This document shows, in pieces, positions 18,271 to 30,530 of a DNA stretch of 64,000 nucleotides (position 1 is the stretch's first letter; the number at the start of each line of letters is the position of its first letter). The DNA lies in contig CAVYNH010000006.1 of assembly GCA_963769885.1 (NCBI GenBank), forward strand, positions 544,001-608,000, read 5' to 3'. Both the position numbers and the translations under genes were made by a program. The DNA comes from Methanobacteriota archaeon. Its GTDB lineage: Archaea > Thermoplasmatota > E2 > DHVEG-1. Under the pieces are notes generated by a model. The model was not told the DNA's origin. It saw nothing but the letters and a program-made list of their open reading frames with translations, and ran no database searches.

Positions 18271-20977
18271 ATGGCACCCACACCAGAACCAGACCAGTAC
18301 TACACCAAGACCACCGACAACCTCCTCAAAACCCTCCAAACCACCACCAACGGCCTCACCCCAACACAGGCAGAGGCCCTCCTACGCACCTACGGGCCAA
18401 ACGAACTCGCCAAGAAAAAACGCAAATCCCTCATTGTCAAAATCTTCGAGGCCATGAGCGAAGCCATGATGGTCATCCTCATCATCGCCGCCCTCCTCTC
18501 CTTCTTCATCATCCAAGACCTCCTCGAAGCACTCGCCATCCTCGGCGTCGTCGTCATCAACACCGTCATCAGCCTCTACCAAGAAGGCAAAGCCGAAAAA
18601 GCAGCTGAAGAACTCCAAAAAATCCTCTCGCCACAATGCAAAGTCATCCGCGACGGCAACATCGGAGTCATCGCCTCCAAATACCTCGTCCCCGGCGACC
18701 TCATCCTCTTCGAATCCGGTGACATCATTCCCGCCGACGCCCGCACCATCCAGGCCGTCACCCTCCTTGTCGACGAAGCCCACCTCACCGGAGAAAGCGA
18801 ACCTATCCGAAAGGAAGACAAACCACTCCTAGCCGCCGACCTCAAACTCTACGAACAAACCAATATGGTCTTCGCGGGCAGCAAAGTCCTCACCGGCCAC
18901 GGCAGGGCCATCGTCACCAAGACCGGTTCCCAAACCGAGATAGGGAAGATCGCCAAGAACATCGAAGAAACCGAAGACGAACAGACGCCACTCCAAAAGA
19001 AGATGAACCGCGAGGTGAAAGCACTCGTCGCCCTCGCGATCGCCTCCCTCGTCCTCGTCATCGTCATCAACATCGCCCACAGCCAAGACATCGGCCAGAC
19101 CGTCCTCCTCGGCATCAGCATCCTCGTCGCCGTCTTCCCCGAAGGCCTCCCCGCCTCCATGACTATCGCCCTCTCATTGGCCATGGAACGGCTCGCCCGA
19201 AACTCTGTCATCGTTAAACGCCTATCCAGCGTCGAGACGCTCGGCAACGTCGACTACATTTGCACAGACAAAACCGGAACCATCACCAAACACGACATGA
19301 CCGTCAAGGAATTCTTCATCGGTGACCACTTCCACGTCATGGCCGACATCTTCAAGATGATCGCCGACGGCCAAGTCGCTGTCCTCCATGACCTCTTCCT
19401 CACCAGCATCAAAGGCTCCACCGCATCCGTCGAAGAAGAAGACGGCACATTCATCAAAGAGGTCGGGGACCCAACAGAAATCGCGCTCATCAAAGCGGCA
19501 TATCTGAACGGCTTCAAGCCCCAGGACTTCGCGGGAAATCAGACGTTGGATTCTCTCCCGTTCTCCTCCGAGACCATGTACTCAGCGCTTCTCGCACAGG
19601 ACCCCCGGGGGAAACGCGAAGTCTACCTCAAAGGCGCCCCTGAAAAAATCCTCGCTCACTGCACCTCCTACTACATACAAGGCCGGGTAGAATCGCTCAC
19701 GGATCACCACCGGCAGCGAATCCTTTCAGAATTGACTTTTCGCTCCGAGAAAGGCTTTAGGTTGATTGGGTTCGCCAAGAAGGAGAATGTGGTAAAGGAG
19801 AAGCTAACTGAAGTGCCTCTTGACGGCTGCATCTTCCTGGCGACCGCGGTCTTGTATGATCCTCCCAAGGATGAAGTCAAGAACATGATCCAGGAGACTC
19901 GAGACGCGCATATCAGTGTCGTCATGATCACGGGGGATAGCAAGAAGACCGGGTTTTCCGTCGCTGAGAGCGTCGGCATCGCCGAATCCATCGATCAAGC
20001 TGTCGAAGGCCGTGACCTCGAGGCGATGAGCGAGGAGGAATTCGGCCAAAAAGTTGAGTCCCTACGCGTGTATAGCCGGGTTGCTCCCCTGGATAAGCTA
20101 CGGATCGTGGACAAGCTGGAGGAGAAGGACCACATCGTGGCCATGACGGGGGATGGTGTCAACGACGCGCCCGCTCTGAAGAAGGCGGATGTCGGCATCG
20201 CCATGGGCCGGGCTGGGACTCAGGTGGCCCAGGAGGCCGCGGATATCATTTTGACCGACGATAATTTTTCGACTATCGTTCGTGGCGTTGAGGAGGGCCG
20301 CCGGGTATACCAGAACCTGAAGCGGCTCATTCAGTATCTGTTGACGAATAATCTTGGGAAAGTCGTAGGCGTGCTGGCGACGCCGCTGCTTGGGTTCCCG
20401 GCGCCGTTGCTGCCGTTGCAGTTGTTATGGTCTAATGTGGTGATGGAGAGTTTTCCGAGCGTTGGTGTGAGGACCTGATACGGCGGATCCTGATCAGATG
20501 AAACGCCGACCGGCGAAGATCTCGGAGCCTATCGTCTCACGGAGGCAGCGGATGCGCATGATCCTGGATGGGGTCCTGTTCGGCATCTGCATCATGCTTG
20601 GGTATATCGTGGCCTGGGAGTATCTCACGCTGGTGTTGGGGATGGAGCCGTTCTCCAAGACTGTCGTGGCGTTGTCCGGGACGGTGGCGTTTGCGATTAC
20701 TCTGGTGTCTCCGCAGGTGTACATCTTCTCGTTGCGAGCTGGCACTATTCGGGAGAAGTTTACGCGCAAGAACCTGTTGTTGAAGGCGTTCTTCGTCATC
20801 ACGATTCTGATGGTGATTGCGATTATTTATGTGCCCTCGTTGAATGTGATTTTTGGGACGCTCCCGTTGACTAATCTAGTGCTGATCGGGATTGTGGTGG
20901 TGCTCTCCTTGGTGACGACAATTGTGCGGTTGCTACTCGGCAATAAAGAATTTAATGAGGAGCCGGTGGCGCAATGA
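18271..20977 (+). pseudogene. P2-type cation-transporting ATPase interrupted by one +1 frameshift near 20473-20476 (pseudogene or sequence error)
   Basis: TGES, PEGL, DKTGT, KGAPE, TGD, GDGVND. The first ORF stops at 20478 just after M6. Removing one base gives ...VRTDTADPDQMKRRP and joins ORF 20498-20977 (about 901 aa total). Confidence 0.85.
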
Positions 20978-21020
20978 TTTTTATATGGTGAAGAGGATGT
21001 CTGAGTTTGGAGTGAGGGTT

Positions 21021-21467
21021 ATGGAAACGCGTCCGTCGTATGATGAGTATTTTATGGAAATGGCGCATGTGGTCTCCAAGAGGAGTACGTGTTTGCGGCG
21101 TCGGGTGGGCGCAATCCTGGTCAAGGAGAAGCATATCCTGAGCACTGGGTATAACGGGGCGCCGAAGGGGATGGCACACTGTGAGGAGGTAGGGTGTCTT
21201 CGGGAGAATTTGAAGATCCCATCGGGGGAGCGCCATGAGTTGTGCCGGGGTCTGCATGCGGAGCAGAACGCGATTATTCAGGCCGCGGTTTTTGGAACCT
21301 CGATAAAGGGCTCCGTGTTGTATTGCACCAATGTCCCCTGCGTCGTGTGTGTGAAAATGTTGATTAATGCGGGGGTGACGGAGATTATCTACTCTGGGGA
21401 GTATCCGGATGAGCTTGCGAAGCGGATGTTGGAAGAGAGCCGGCTAAAAATAAAAAGATTTAAATAA
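21021..21467 (+). CDS. dCMP deaminase (ComEB-like)
   Basis: [36 protein letters not shown]. Confidence 0.92.
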   Translation: METRPSYDEYFMEMAHVVSKRSTCLRRRVGAILVKEKHILSTGYNGAPKGMAHCEEVGCLRENLKIPSGERHELCRGLHAEQNAIIQAAVFGTSIKGSVLYCTNVPCVVCVKMLINAGVTEIIYSGEYPDELAKRMLEESRLKIKRFK

Positions 21468-21547
21468 TAACGGTGCTTATAAAAATTTCGTGAAAAATTG
21501 GAAAAATATATATACATCAGAATTGATTTATTTTGCGAGGAGAACGT

Positions 21548-21934
21548 ATGAAACGGAAGAAATCGTTTGTGTTGGACGATAAAGACTACAAAGCAGTCCA
21601 ACTCTTCACGGAGCTTGGGATGCCAAAGAACCTTGCAAAGACCCTGTTATATATATCCCAGGTTGACGAATGCCGGTCCGCGGACGTCGAACAAGGAGCA
21701 GATCTCCGACAGCCTGAGGTAAGCGTCGCGATGCAGGAGCTGCGGCGGCGCGGCTGGGCGAAGAAGCGGGACGTCAAGAAAAAAGGAAAGGGCCGCCCGG
21801 TACACCTGTATAAGCTGACGGCCGACCTCCCCACGATCCTGAAGAGCTTCGAAAGAGAGAAGATGAAGCAAGTGGAGAACATCCGTCAGGACCTTGATCA
21901 GCTTCACACGCTTATCACCAACATGGAAAAGTAG
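21548..21934 (+). CDS. archaeal winged-helix transcriptional regulator
   Basis: LRQPEVSVAM helix-turn-helix and KGKGRP wing. Confidence 0.8.
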   Translation: MKRKKSFVLDDKDYKAVQLFTELGMPKNLAKTLLYISQVDECRSADVEQGADLRQPEVSVAMQELRRRGWAKKRDVKKKGKGRPVHLYKLTADLPTILKSFEREKMKQVENIRQDLDQLHTLITNMEK

Positions 21935-22009
21935 GGGGCCACCACACCCCTATTTTTCTGTGTTCCCTCCTGCTTTTCCTCTCGCTTGTTTGTTCGTTTA
22001 GGTGACGGA

Positions 22010-23101
22010 ATGGCGAATCTCCGTGTGCGGAAGGTGTTTTCGCAGGTGTCATCGCCGGTGGACGCGGTGCTGGTGAAGAATGGGACTGCACCGTTCATAG
22101 ACGATAATTTCTTCTACCTGACGGGTCTGGTGAGTGGGGTCTTTGAGGGCTGTCTGGCCATCGTGTTTCCTGATGGGCGAGTCGAGGCGGTCATCTCGGA
22201 GCTGGAAGCGGAGAGCGCCCGGCGATCGACGGCGACCATCCAAGTGTACCGCACCAAGAAGGAGTTCAACGAGATTTTCGCCCGGCTCCTCGGCAGCGCC
22301 GAGAAAATTGGGTTCAACGCGGAAGGTATCACCGTTCATGACCAGAAGGCGTTGGCAGGGTTGTTGCCAAAGGCCGGGTTCGTGGACGTGTCCGGGGCGT
22401 TCGCCGCGGCGCGGCTGGTCAAGGATGAGGACGAGCTTGCGCGGATCCGAAAAGCCTGTGCAGTCGCGGACCGAGTGGCTGAGTCACTCGGCGAGGTCAT
22501 CGAAGCAGGGATGACGGAGAACAACCTGGCGGCGGAGATCGATTACGCTCTCGTGAAGGAGGGGGCGGATCGGCCGTCGTTCGATACGATCTCGTCGTGT
22601 GGGGCGAACACGGCGGAGCCGCACTATAGTCATGGGAATGTGCCGCTGAAGCGGGGGGAGTTCGTGCTCTGTGACTTCGGCGCGTTGTACCAGCGGTACG
22701 CCAGTGATTTGACGCGGACGTTGGTGCTCGGCCAGGGTTCGGTCCAGCAGCGGAAGATGTATGAGACCGTCTTTGAGGCGCAGGAGACGGCGATTGCGGC
22801 AATCAAAGCCGGTGTTACGGCTAGTAGTGTGGATAAGGCTGCCAGGGACTGTATCGACCATTCCGAGTTCAAGGATCGGTTCATTCATTCGACGGGGCAT
22901 AGTCTGGGGCTGGCGGTCCATGATGGGCAGCGTTTCAGCAGCGAGGCGTCGTTTACGCTTCAGGAGAACATGGTGTTCACGGTGGAGCCGGGGGTGTACA
23001 TCCCAGGGCTCGGTGGGGTGCGGATCGAGGATGATATCCGAGTAACCTCAAAGGGTTGCGAGGTGTTGACGCATGCTGGGAAGGCGTACACGGAACTCTA
23101 G
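22010..23101 (+). CDS. Xaa-Pro peptidase (M24B, prolidase-like)
   Basis: [37 protein letters not shown]. Confidence 0.93.
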   Translation: MANLRVRKVFSQVSSPVDAVLVKNGTAPFIDDNFFYLTGLVSGVFEGCLAIVFPDGRVEAVISELEAESARRSTATIQVYRTKKEFNEIFARLLGSAEKIGFNAEGITVHDQKALAGLLPKAGFVDVSGAFAAARLVKDEDELARIRKACAVADRVAESLGEVIEAGMTENNLAAEIDYALVKEGADRPSFDTISSCGANTAEPHYSHGNVPLKRGEFVLCDFGALYQRYASDLTRTLVLGQGSVQQRKMYETVFEAQETAIAAIKAGVTASSVDKAARDCIDHSEFKDRFIHSTGHSLGLAVHDGQRFSSEASFTLQENMVFTVEPGVYIPGLGGVRIEDDIRVTSKGCEVLTHAGKAYTEL

Positions 23102-23169
23102 GGAAAAAAAGGAGCAGGGGTGCTCGTTGTTCGACCCCCTACATTTTTTCTTGGAGGAATTGAACGAGG

Positions 23170-23409
23170 TTACTCTTTTGCTCGTTTGTAGGTCCAGTTG
23201 ATTTCCTGGTTGATTTTGCGGTAGAGGTCGGCGCCGCGTTCCAGGGTCCTTTTTTCTTCGAGGACTTCGAAGGCTTCGTCCGCAAGGATTTTGAGAACTT
23301 CGCGGAATTCCTTGCGGTTGGTTTTGAGTAGGTCGATGCCGACGTGGATGAGTTCGTCGACGATCTCTGAGACATTTTCCCCTTCGATGCTGATATTGAT
23401 TTTCACCAT
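23170..23409 (-). CDS. small hypothetical protein (79 aa)
   Basis: Clean ATG ORF with protein-like charged helical composition, filling the gap between the peptidase and the CDF gene; family not recognised. Confidence 0.6.
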   Translation of the reverse strand: MVKINISIEGENVSEIVDELIHVGIDLLKTNRKEFREVLKILADEAFEVLEEKRTLERGADLYRKINQEINWTYKRAKE

Positions 23410-23519
23410 TGCTGTGTCCCTCTATGGAAGGTCGAGCCCGGCCATTGGGTCCGCCTCATATAAAGTTTTGTGTTCGAAACGTATTTAAAATCCTTGATTT
23501 TTGTGTGTCACCTGTAGGT

Positions 23520-24422
23520 ATGGAGTATTCGACTCGACTGATGGAGTGGCTGACTGCCGGTACCACGATCGTGCTGATGGGATTTGGGATTGCTCAGATC
23601 ATGATCGGGCAGTTTGTTTCTTTTAGCGTTGTGTTGGTCGCTAACGGGATTGACTGTATGGGGGACGGGTTCGTCTCCGGGATCGTGTGGGTTGGGCTGC
23701 GGTTTGTGAAGAAGCCGGCGAACAAGAAGTTCAGCTTCGGGTATTACAAGTTTGAGAACCTGGCGTCGCTGGCCGCGGCGATCGTGATGTTCATCTTGGC
23801 GACCTACATTATTGTGCGGTCGTATTATGCGCTGGTGTCGCCGCAGCCGGTGCAGGTGCCGCTGCTAGGGGCGGTGATTGCAGGGGTCTCGGCGGTCGTC
23901 GCGTTGTCGTTGGGTTTTGTGAAGATGCGGTCGAGTAAGCGCAGTCTACTGGGGTCGGCGCGGCTGGATGCGGTGAACACGATCAAGGATGGGACGACGT
24001 CAACGTTAACGGTGCTTACCTTGTATTTGGAGTCGGTTGGGTATAATTTTGATCCTTACGTGGGTTTTATTCTCGCCGGGATCATCTATTTCGTCGGGAT
24101 CGCGGCAATCAAGGAATCCGGACTTGTGTTATTGGATGCCTGTGATGGGGAGTGTCTGGACCTTGGCATGGTTCTACGCAGAATTGCCTTGAACATCCCG
24201 GGAGTAAAAGAGGCGCATGTGGTTCGGTTGCGGCGGACGGGTCCGGTGTTTTTCGGTGAGGTCGAGGTATCGGTGCCGCGGTCGATGACGGTCGAGGAGT
24301 TCGAAGCGATTCGGACGCAGATCACGGAGCAGGCGAAGGAGAAGATGCCGGAGATCGAGCATCTCGCAATCGAGTCAAAGCCGGTGGCTGACGGGCCGGG
24401 GCCGCTGCCTCCTTCGGGTTGA
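23520..24422 (+). CDS. cation diffusion facilitator family transporter
   Basis: Six hydrophobic segments, KPANKKFSFGYYKFENL, C-terminal dimerisation domain with RLRRTGP. Confidence 0.88.
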   Translation: MEYSTRLMEWLTAGTTIVLMGFGIAQIMIGQFVSFSVVLVANGIDCMGDGFVSGIVWVGLRFVKKPANKKFSFGYYKFENLASLAAAIVMFILATYIIVRSYYALVSPQPVQVPLLGAVIAGVSAVVALSLGFVKMRSSKRSLLGSARLDAVNTIKDGTTSTLTVLTLYLESVGYNFDPYVGFILAGIIYFVGIAAIKESGLVLLDACDGECLDLGMVLRRIALNIPGVKEAHVVRLRRTGPVFFGEVEVSVPRSMTVEEFEAIRTQITEQAKEKMPEIEHLAIESKPVADGPGPLPPSG

Positions 24423-24433
24423 ATTTCGTTTTT

Positions 24434-24856
24434 TTAGAGGTCGTGGAGTCGCTGGTGGAGTTTGACGACGGCTTCGACGACGGCTTTGGCACGGTCGATG
24501 CGGTCCTGGGCTTGGAGTCTGGTCATGCCGGGGCCGGAGATGCCGAGGCCGACGGGTTTGTTGTAGTCGACGGCGAGGTCCGCGATTTTCCTGGCGGTGT
24601 TTTGGATGACGATTTGGTCGTGGTCGGTCTCGCCTTCGATGACGGCGCCGAGGGTGATGACGCCGTCGATGTCTTTGCGTTCGAGGAGTTTCTTGACGGC
24701 GAGTCCCATGTCGAAGGTGCCGGGGACTTGGATGACTTTGGTGATCTGTGCGCCGAGGAATGCGGCGTGGTCTTTGGCTTGTTGGAGCATCATCATGGCG
24801 ATGTCGTAGTTGAATTCGGAGACGACGGCTCCGATGCGGATGGGGTTTTTGGGCAT
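24434..24856 (-). CDS. ribH: 6,7-dimethyl-8-ribityllumazine synthase
   Basis: [46 protein letters not shown]. Confidence 0.95.
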   Translation of the reverse strand: MPKNPIRIGAVVSEFNYDIAMMMLQQAKDHAAFLGAQITKVIQVPGTFDMGLAVKKLLERKDIDGVITLGAVIEGETDHDQIVIQNTARKIADLAVDYNKPVGLGISGPGMTRLQAQDRIDRAKAVVEAVVKLHQRLHDL

Positions 24857-24885
24857 GGTTCCTTTCCTTCCTGTCTTGGTTTTTT

Positions 24886-25794
<909 letters not shown>

Positions 25795-25807
<13 letters not shown>

Positions 25808-26499
25808 ATGTTCCAGGCCTCGATGATCTCCCTGCCTTCGAGGTAGGTGAGGTGGTGGTCTTTGGCGTATTGTTGTGCTTGGAGTCTTTGGAGGGCTTTG
25901 CCGGAGTCTCCCATCATCTCGCAGCCGGTGCCGATGGGGGTGAGGCCGGCCATGGTGAGGAGGGCGACGGTGAGTTCGGTGTGGCCTTGGCGGGTGGCGA
26001 CGAGGCCGGGGGTGGCGGCGCAGATGGGGACGTGGCCGGGTGAGCGGAAGAGGCTGCCGAAGCGGGTCTGGGCGGCTTGGGGGCTGAGGCGTTGGACTTG
26101 TGCGGCGAGCTCGGCGAAGGATTTGATGGTGAGGCTGCGGTCGTTGTCGGTGATGCCGGTGAAGGTCTTGCGGTGGTTGATGGATAGTGAGAAGGAGGAT
26201 TTGGTGTCGTAGGGGATGTCGTTGGGGACGAGGGCTTTGAGGACGGGGTGTTCTTGTTGTGCGGTGGTGTAGAGGTCGGTGAGGAAGGGGAGTCCGAGGT
26301 GAGAGGCGATGTTGGGGGCGACCATGAGGATGATGAGGCCGCCGCCGTCTTTGCGCATCTGGCGGATGGCGTCTGGGGTGGCGTACTGGGCGGCCATGAC
26401 GAGGTCGGTTTCGCCTTCGCGGCTGGCGCTGTCGAAGATTTGGATGAAGCGGCCGTTGCGGAGGTCCTCTGCGGCTTGTTGGAGGGTTGTGGTGAGAAT
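25795..26499 (-). CDS. ribB: 3,4-dihydroxy-2-butanone-4-phosphate synthase; probable ATT (or ATC) start
   Basis: Conserved AAEDLRNGRFIQIFDSASREGETDLV lies upstream of the first ATG (26397). No ATG/GTG/TTG in frame back to the stop at 26551. Also SSFSLSINHR, TGITDNDR, FRSPGHV, RQGHTE, CEMM. Confidence 0.9.
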
Positions 26500-26550
26500 G
26501 ATGTGCCACCCAGGGTGTGGAAATACCGGGGGAAAATAAAAGTTGGGGTG

Positions 26551-26769
26551 CTACTCAGAAATGGGTGGGCTGGTTATGTGTTTGTTGTGGGAGACGACGT
26601 AGCGGGTGGCGTAGCCGGCGATGCGGTTGCGCAGGAGGTTGGTGCTGCCGGTGGTGAGTTCGGCGACTTTATGTTTATTGTTCTGGAAGTCGGTGGTGAA
26701 CTGTTCCGGATATCTCTTGACGAGTTCGATGGCGACGTTCTTGATGTGGGACGATCTGATGTTTCCCAG
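26551..26769 (-). CDS. rps17e: 30S ribosomal protein S17e (eS17); CTG start, absent from the ORF track
   Basis: Manual translation: (M)GNIRSSHIKNVAIELVKRYPEQFTTDFQNNKHKVAELTTGSTNLLRNRIAGYATRY... containing the eS17 signature RNRIAGY. GGGTGA SD-like motif 4 nt before CTG. Confidence 0.93.
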   Translation of the reverse strand: MGNIRSSHIKNVAIELVKRYPEQFTTDFQNNKHKVAELTTGSTNLLRNRIAGYATRYVVSHNKHITSPPISE

Positions 26770-26806
26770 GCTATCACCCTGTAAGGAGACGTGTATATCC
26801 TGATGT

Positions 26807-26814
26807 TATTTAAA
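26807..26814 (-). promoter_or_regulatory. TATA box of the rps17e-rib operon
   Basis: TTTAAATA on the minus strand about 40 nt upstream of the CTG start. Confidence 0.6.
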
Positions 26815-26963
26815 TCTATCCGGACTATCTCTGTAATATTCTTTTTGATGCGGTAGCCGGAAATATTGTACGTTGTGAAAAGCCGTTAAAACTCGTAGAA
26901 AAGAGATCGTTTTTTTTTAGTACACATGTTTTAAGTGAATCTGTCAGAAAATTTATATTCTAA

Positions 26964-29900
26964 ATGTTCTTCTTTGAGATAAAAGGGAAAGGCGAAAGTA
27001 CGAAGAAGATTGCAATTTCCATTGTTTTTTTTATCGTTTTATTTGGAGATTGTTCATTTCTACTGCATGCCCAACCTATTAGTCAATCTTTTTTTAAGTA
27101 TAGCATTCCCAAAGACATATCCATTCCCAGGTTGAAAAATGAAAAAATTGAACAGTGTGTCGAAGAATTGTTAGTCCAGCATAATACTGATGATACTCAC
27201 CATTTCAAGTCTTTAAGTAGTTTCGATTTTGTCAATGGGAAAGTTCGACTTGAGGTCCTCCTTGCGAATGAAGACCAATTGAGTTCTTTGGCAGACTTTA
27301 ACCATGATATCGTGATTGAGAATCATTATAAGTCGTTGGCTCAAATCTTAATTCCTCCTACTCAAATTCAAAATTTATCTGAAGAAAAATATGTGCAATT
27401 TATTCGCAGACCCGTGCAAGCAATCCCTGATGTCATTAGCGAAGGGGTTAATGTAATCGGAGCAAATTTAGTACAAAATGCAGGATATTATGGTGCTGGG
27501 GTAAAAGTAGCGATTATTGACCTTGGTTTCAAAGGCTATTCCACAGATCTAGATTTGCCCTCATCGCGAATCAAAGAAGTCAAGTCGTTTCGTGCCGACC
27601 ACGATATCGAAGCAGGTGAAGTGCACGGGACTGCTTGTGCTGAAATCGTGCTTGATGTGGCACCGCAAGCCGATCTTTATCTCTATAATTTCGACACAAT
27701 ATCTGATTTAAATAGCGCTGTTTCCTATACGATATCAGTTGGTGTAAAAATCATTAGTTTTTCTATTGGATATGTTGGTATCAATGATTATGATGGAGTT
27801 GGATATTCTTCGATCGGCGACGTCTGTGGCATTGTGAATAATGCTCGTTCGCAAGGTATCTTATTTGTGGCATCTGCAGGAAATGAAGCTCAGAGCCATT
27901 ATGAGGGAACATTCATAGATAATAATAGTAATAACTGGCATGATTTTGGACCTGGAGATGAAGAGCTATCTCTTGGTTATTTATCTGTTGGGAATGTAGT
28001 TCATTTGATTCTTAGTTGGAATAATTGGCCTACCTCTAATCAAGATTATGATTTGTATTTAATGGACAGTAGTTCGAATATTATTGCATCGTCGGAAAAT
28101 CCGCAAACTGGTTCACAGCCCCCTGTTGAATATATAGCTGTATATGTACCATATAGGGATGTTTATTATGTCGCTATCAAAAAAAGTTCTGCAACTCAAA
28201 ATGTTCATTTTGAACTATATAGTTTTTATAACGATTTTATTACATACGACTATCCTGAAAGTAGCCTTACTTGTCCAGCTGATACCACAGGTGCAATGAC
28301 AGCTGGCGCAACCTACTGGCGGAATGATACCCTTGAGAGTTACAGCTCAAGAGGTCCGACAAATGACGGCAGGATAAAACCCGATGTCACAGCTCCAGAC
28401 GGCGTATCAACACACACGTATGGAAGTGGTAATTTCTATGGTACATCTGCGTCAGCTCCGCATACTGCTGGAGCCGCAGCGTTGCTCTTAAGTGTCGGTC
28501 CTCAATGCACCGTTGATAATCTACAGAACTTACTTGAAACAAAAGCGGTCGATTACGGATCACCTGGAAAAGACAACCTCTATGGATCTGGCAGAATCGA
28601 CGTATGGGCTGCCTTTAACTATATGATTCCCAAGGCGAACTTCACCTATTCGCCGCAAAACCCAAAGACGTCCGATACAATCCAATTCACTGACAACTCT
28701 ACGGATCTCGATGGAACCATTGTCTCTTGGGATTGGATCTTTGGTGATGGAAATATCTCTACAACGCAGAATCCTCGTCATTCCTTTTCAAATGACATCA
28801 CCTACAATGTCACCTTGAAAGTGACAGACAATGATGGAGCGAACAGCACTCTAACAAAGCAGGTTGTCACAAGGATCGTCTACACCAATGTAACTCTAGA
28901 TGGAAATGAGACTACTGTGGATTTCCAAAATGAAACCGGCGCTATTATCATTATCACAACGATGAATTCGACGAATATCACCCTGTCGAAATATTCTGGG
29001 AATCCAACGGGAGAGAATATCCTCGGGAACATTACCAGTGTTGACAATTATATCGACATTACAGTTGGAAATGAAAGTCTGGTTGAATGGCCTGTTACCA
29101 TCAAGATGTTCTACACCAAAAATGACTTGAACAACTCCCATCTCAACGAGAGTCAATTACTAGGTATCTATTTCTGGAATACTACCGTCATTGAATGGCA
29201 GCTGTATAACAAGACTGGCGTGAATACAAGCTACAATCAAAACGAGTATGAGGGGTATTGTTGGGCTTATGTATGGCATCTAACCCCACTTGTTCTCGGA
29301 GGAGATGCAGAACCGCCATCAAAAGTCGGAGGATTGACCGTTACCAATGCACATGACGGAAAATTGAATCTCGTTTGGAATCCTTCGACAGATAATATCG
29401 CTGTTCATAACTATAGAATCTATAGAAATGGAAATTTTATTATCAATAGAACTTCAACTTCATATCTGGATAGTGGTCTCAACAATGGTCAGACATACAG
29501 TTACGAGATTTCTGCCGTTGATGCTGTAGGAAACGAAGGAGCAAAATCTAATCCAAAAAGTGGGATTCCAACTGCTAACAATCCACCCACTTTGACTAAC
29601 TCGAGTCCCACGAATGGATCGAGAGGCGTGTCTATTAGTATTTCAACTGTGAGCATAATGATTCGTGACCTGGAGGGGGATCATTTCAACTGGACAATTA
29701 CCACATCACCAAACATAGGTAGCAACTCGGGAGTCTCAGCAATCAATGGAACAAAGACTTGTAGCATTTCTGGACTAGCAGATTCTACAACTTACAAATG
29801 GACTGTACGAGCATTTGATGGCAAGCTTTGGGCAAATCAAACCTTTACATTTACAACTGCTTCAGCCGGTGGAGGCGGCGGTGGTGGAGGCGGAGGCGGT

Positions 29901-30530
29901 GGTAATGAAAATCTCCCACCAATAGCTAATGCATCTGGAGGTAGGCACTATTGGGGATATGTAAACGAATCACTAACTTTTGACGGATCGTCGAGTTATG
30001 ATCCTGATGGAAACATCACCTCATGGTTCTGGACTTTCGGTGATGGTACTAATGGATCGGGAGAAGTTATCAAGCATATGTACAAGAAAGTGGGTAACTG
30101 GACTGTTACTTTAGAGGTTACGGATGATAGCGGAGGCGCAGACATTGATATAACGTATGTGATTATCACAGAAAAGCCAAACGTACCCCCTATTGCTAAT
30201 TTCTCGTATCTTCCACTTCATCCCACGACGAATGATACCCTACAGTTCACTGATTCATCGACAGACAGTGATGGAACTATCGTCTCTAGGTATTGGGACT
30301 TTGGCGATGGCACATATTCCACTGAAAAAGATCCAGCACACCAGTACGTTCAAAAAGGAATATATCGGATCGTCTTGAATGTCACCGATAATGATGGCGC
30401 TCTTAACTCGACATACAGATGGATAGTTGTCGATAGTGTAATTGCTACTGGGACGCGTGGAACACCTGGTTTTGAATTGTTGATTGCATTGCTCGCGATG
30501 GCGCTAATCTTGGTCTTGAAACGAAAATGA
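26964..30530 (+). CDS. secreted S8 subtilase with PKD and FN3 domains and a PGF-CTERM sorting signal (start may be ACG at 27000)
   Basis: Triad VAIIDLG / HGTACA / GTSASAPH, oxyanion SAGN, three PKD W.FGDG repeats, 12-Gly linker (29868-29903), C-terminal TPGFELLIALLAMALILVLKRK. Confidence 0.92.
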   Translation: MFFFEIKGKGESTKKIAISIVFFIVLFGDCSFLLHAQPISQSFFKYSIPKDISIPRLKNEKIEQCVEELLVQHNTDDTHHFKSLSSFDFVNGKVRLEVLLANEDQLSSLADFNHDIVIENHYKSLAQILIPPTQIQNLSEEKYVQFIRRPVQAIPDVISEGVNVIGANLVQNAGYYGAGVKVAIIDLGFKGYSTDLDLPSSRIKEVKSFRADHDIEAGEVHGTACAEIVLDVAPQADLYLYNFDTISDLNSAVSYTISVGVKIISFSIGYVGINDYDGVGYSSIGDVCGIVNNARSQGILFVASAGNEAQSHYEGTFIDNNSNNWHDFGPGDEELSLGYLSVGNVVHLILSWNNWPTSNQDYDLYLMDSSSNIIASSENPQTGSQPPVEYIAVYVPYRDVYYVAIKKSSATQNVHFELYSFYNDFITYDYPESSLTCPADTTGAMTAGATYWRNDTLESYSSRGPTNDGRIKPDVTAPDGVSTHTYGSGNFYGTSASAPHTAGAAALLLSVGPQCTVDNLQNLLETKAVDYGSPGKDNLYGSGRIDVWAAFNYMIPKANFTYSPQNPKTSDTIQFTDNSTDLDGTIVSWDWIFGDGNISTTQNPRHSFSNDITYNVTLKVTDNDGANSTLTKQVVTRIVYTNVTLDGNETTVDFQNETGAIIIITTMNSTNITLSKYSGNPTGENILGNITSVDNYIDITVGNESLVEWPVTIKMFYTKNDLNNSHLNESQLLGIYFWNTTVIEWQLYNKTGVNTSYNQNEYEGYCWAYVWHLTPLVLGGDAEPPSKVGGLTVTNAHDGKLNLVWNPSTDNIAVHNYRIYRNGNFIINRTSTSYLDSGLNNGQTYSYEISAVDAVGNEGAKSNPKSGIPTANNPPTLTNSSPTNGSRGVSISISTVSIMIRDLEGDHFNWTITTSPNIGSNSGVSAINGTKTCSISGLADSTTYKWTVRAFDGKLWANQTFTFTTASAGGGGGGGGGGGGNENLPPIANASGGRHYWGYVNESLTFDGSSSYDPDGNITSWFWTFGDGTNGSGEVIKHMYKKVGNWTVTLEVTDDSGGADIDITYVIITEKPNVPPIANFSYLPLHPTTNDTLQFTDSSTDSDGTIVSRYWDFGDGTYSTEKDPAHQYVQKGIYRIVLNVTDNDGALNSTYRWIVVDSVIATGTRGTPGFELLIALLAMALILVLKRK

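Noticed and set aside
25808-26509. 392-aa ORF suggesting a long N-terminal extension or RibB-RibL fusion
   Set aside because: The extension is His/Pro/Arg-rich off-frame translation of ribB; RibL homology starts at ATG 25807.
26574-26777. 67-aa ORF MIAWETSDR in the ORF track
   Set aside because: Wrong frame; the overlapping frame encodes eS17.
29868-29903. GGN repeat tract
   Set aside because: Encodes a 12-Gly linker with mixed codons; not a DNA-level repeat element.
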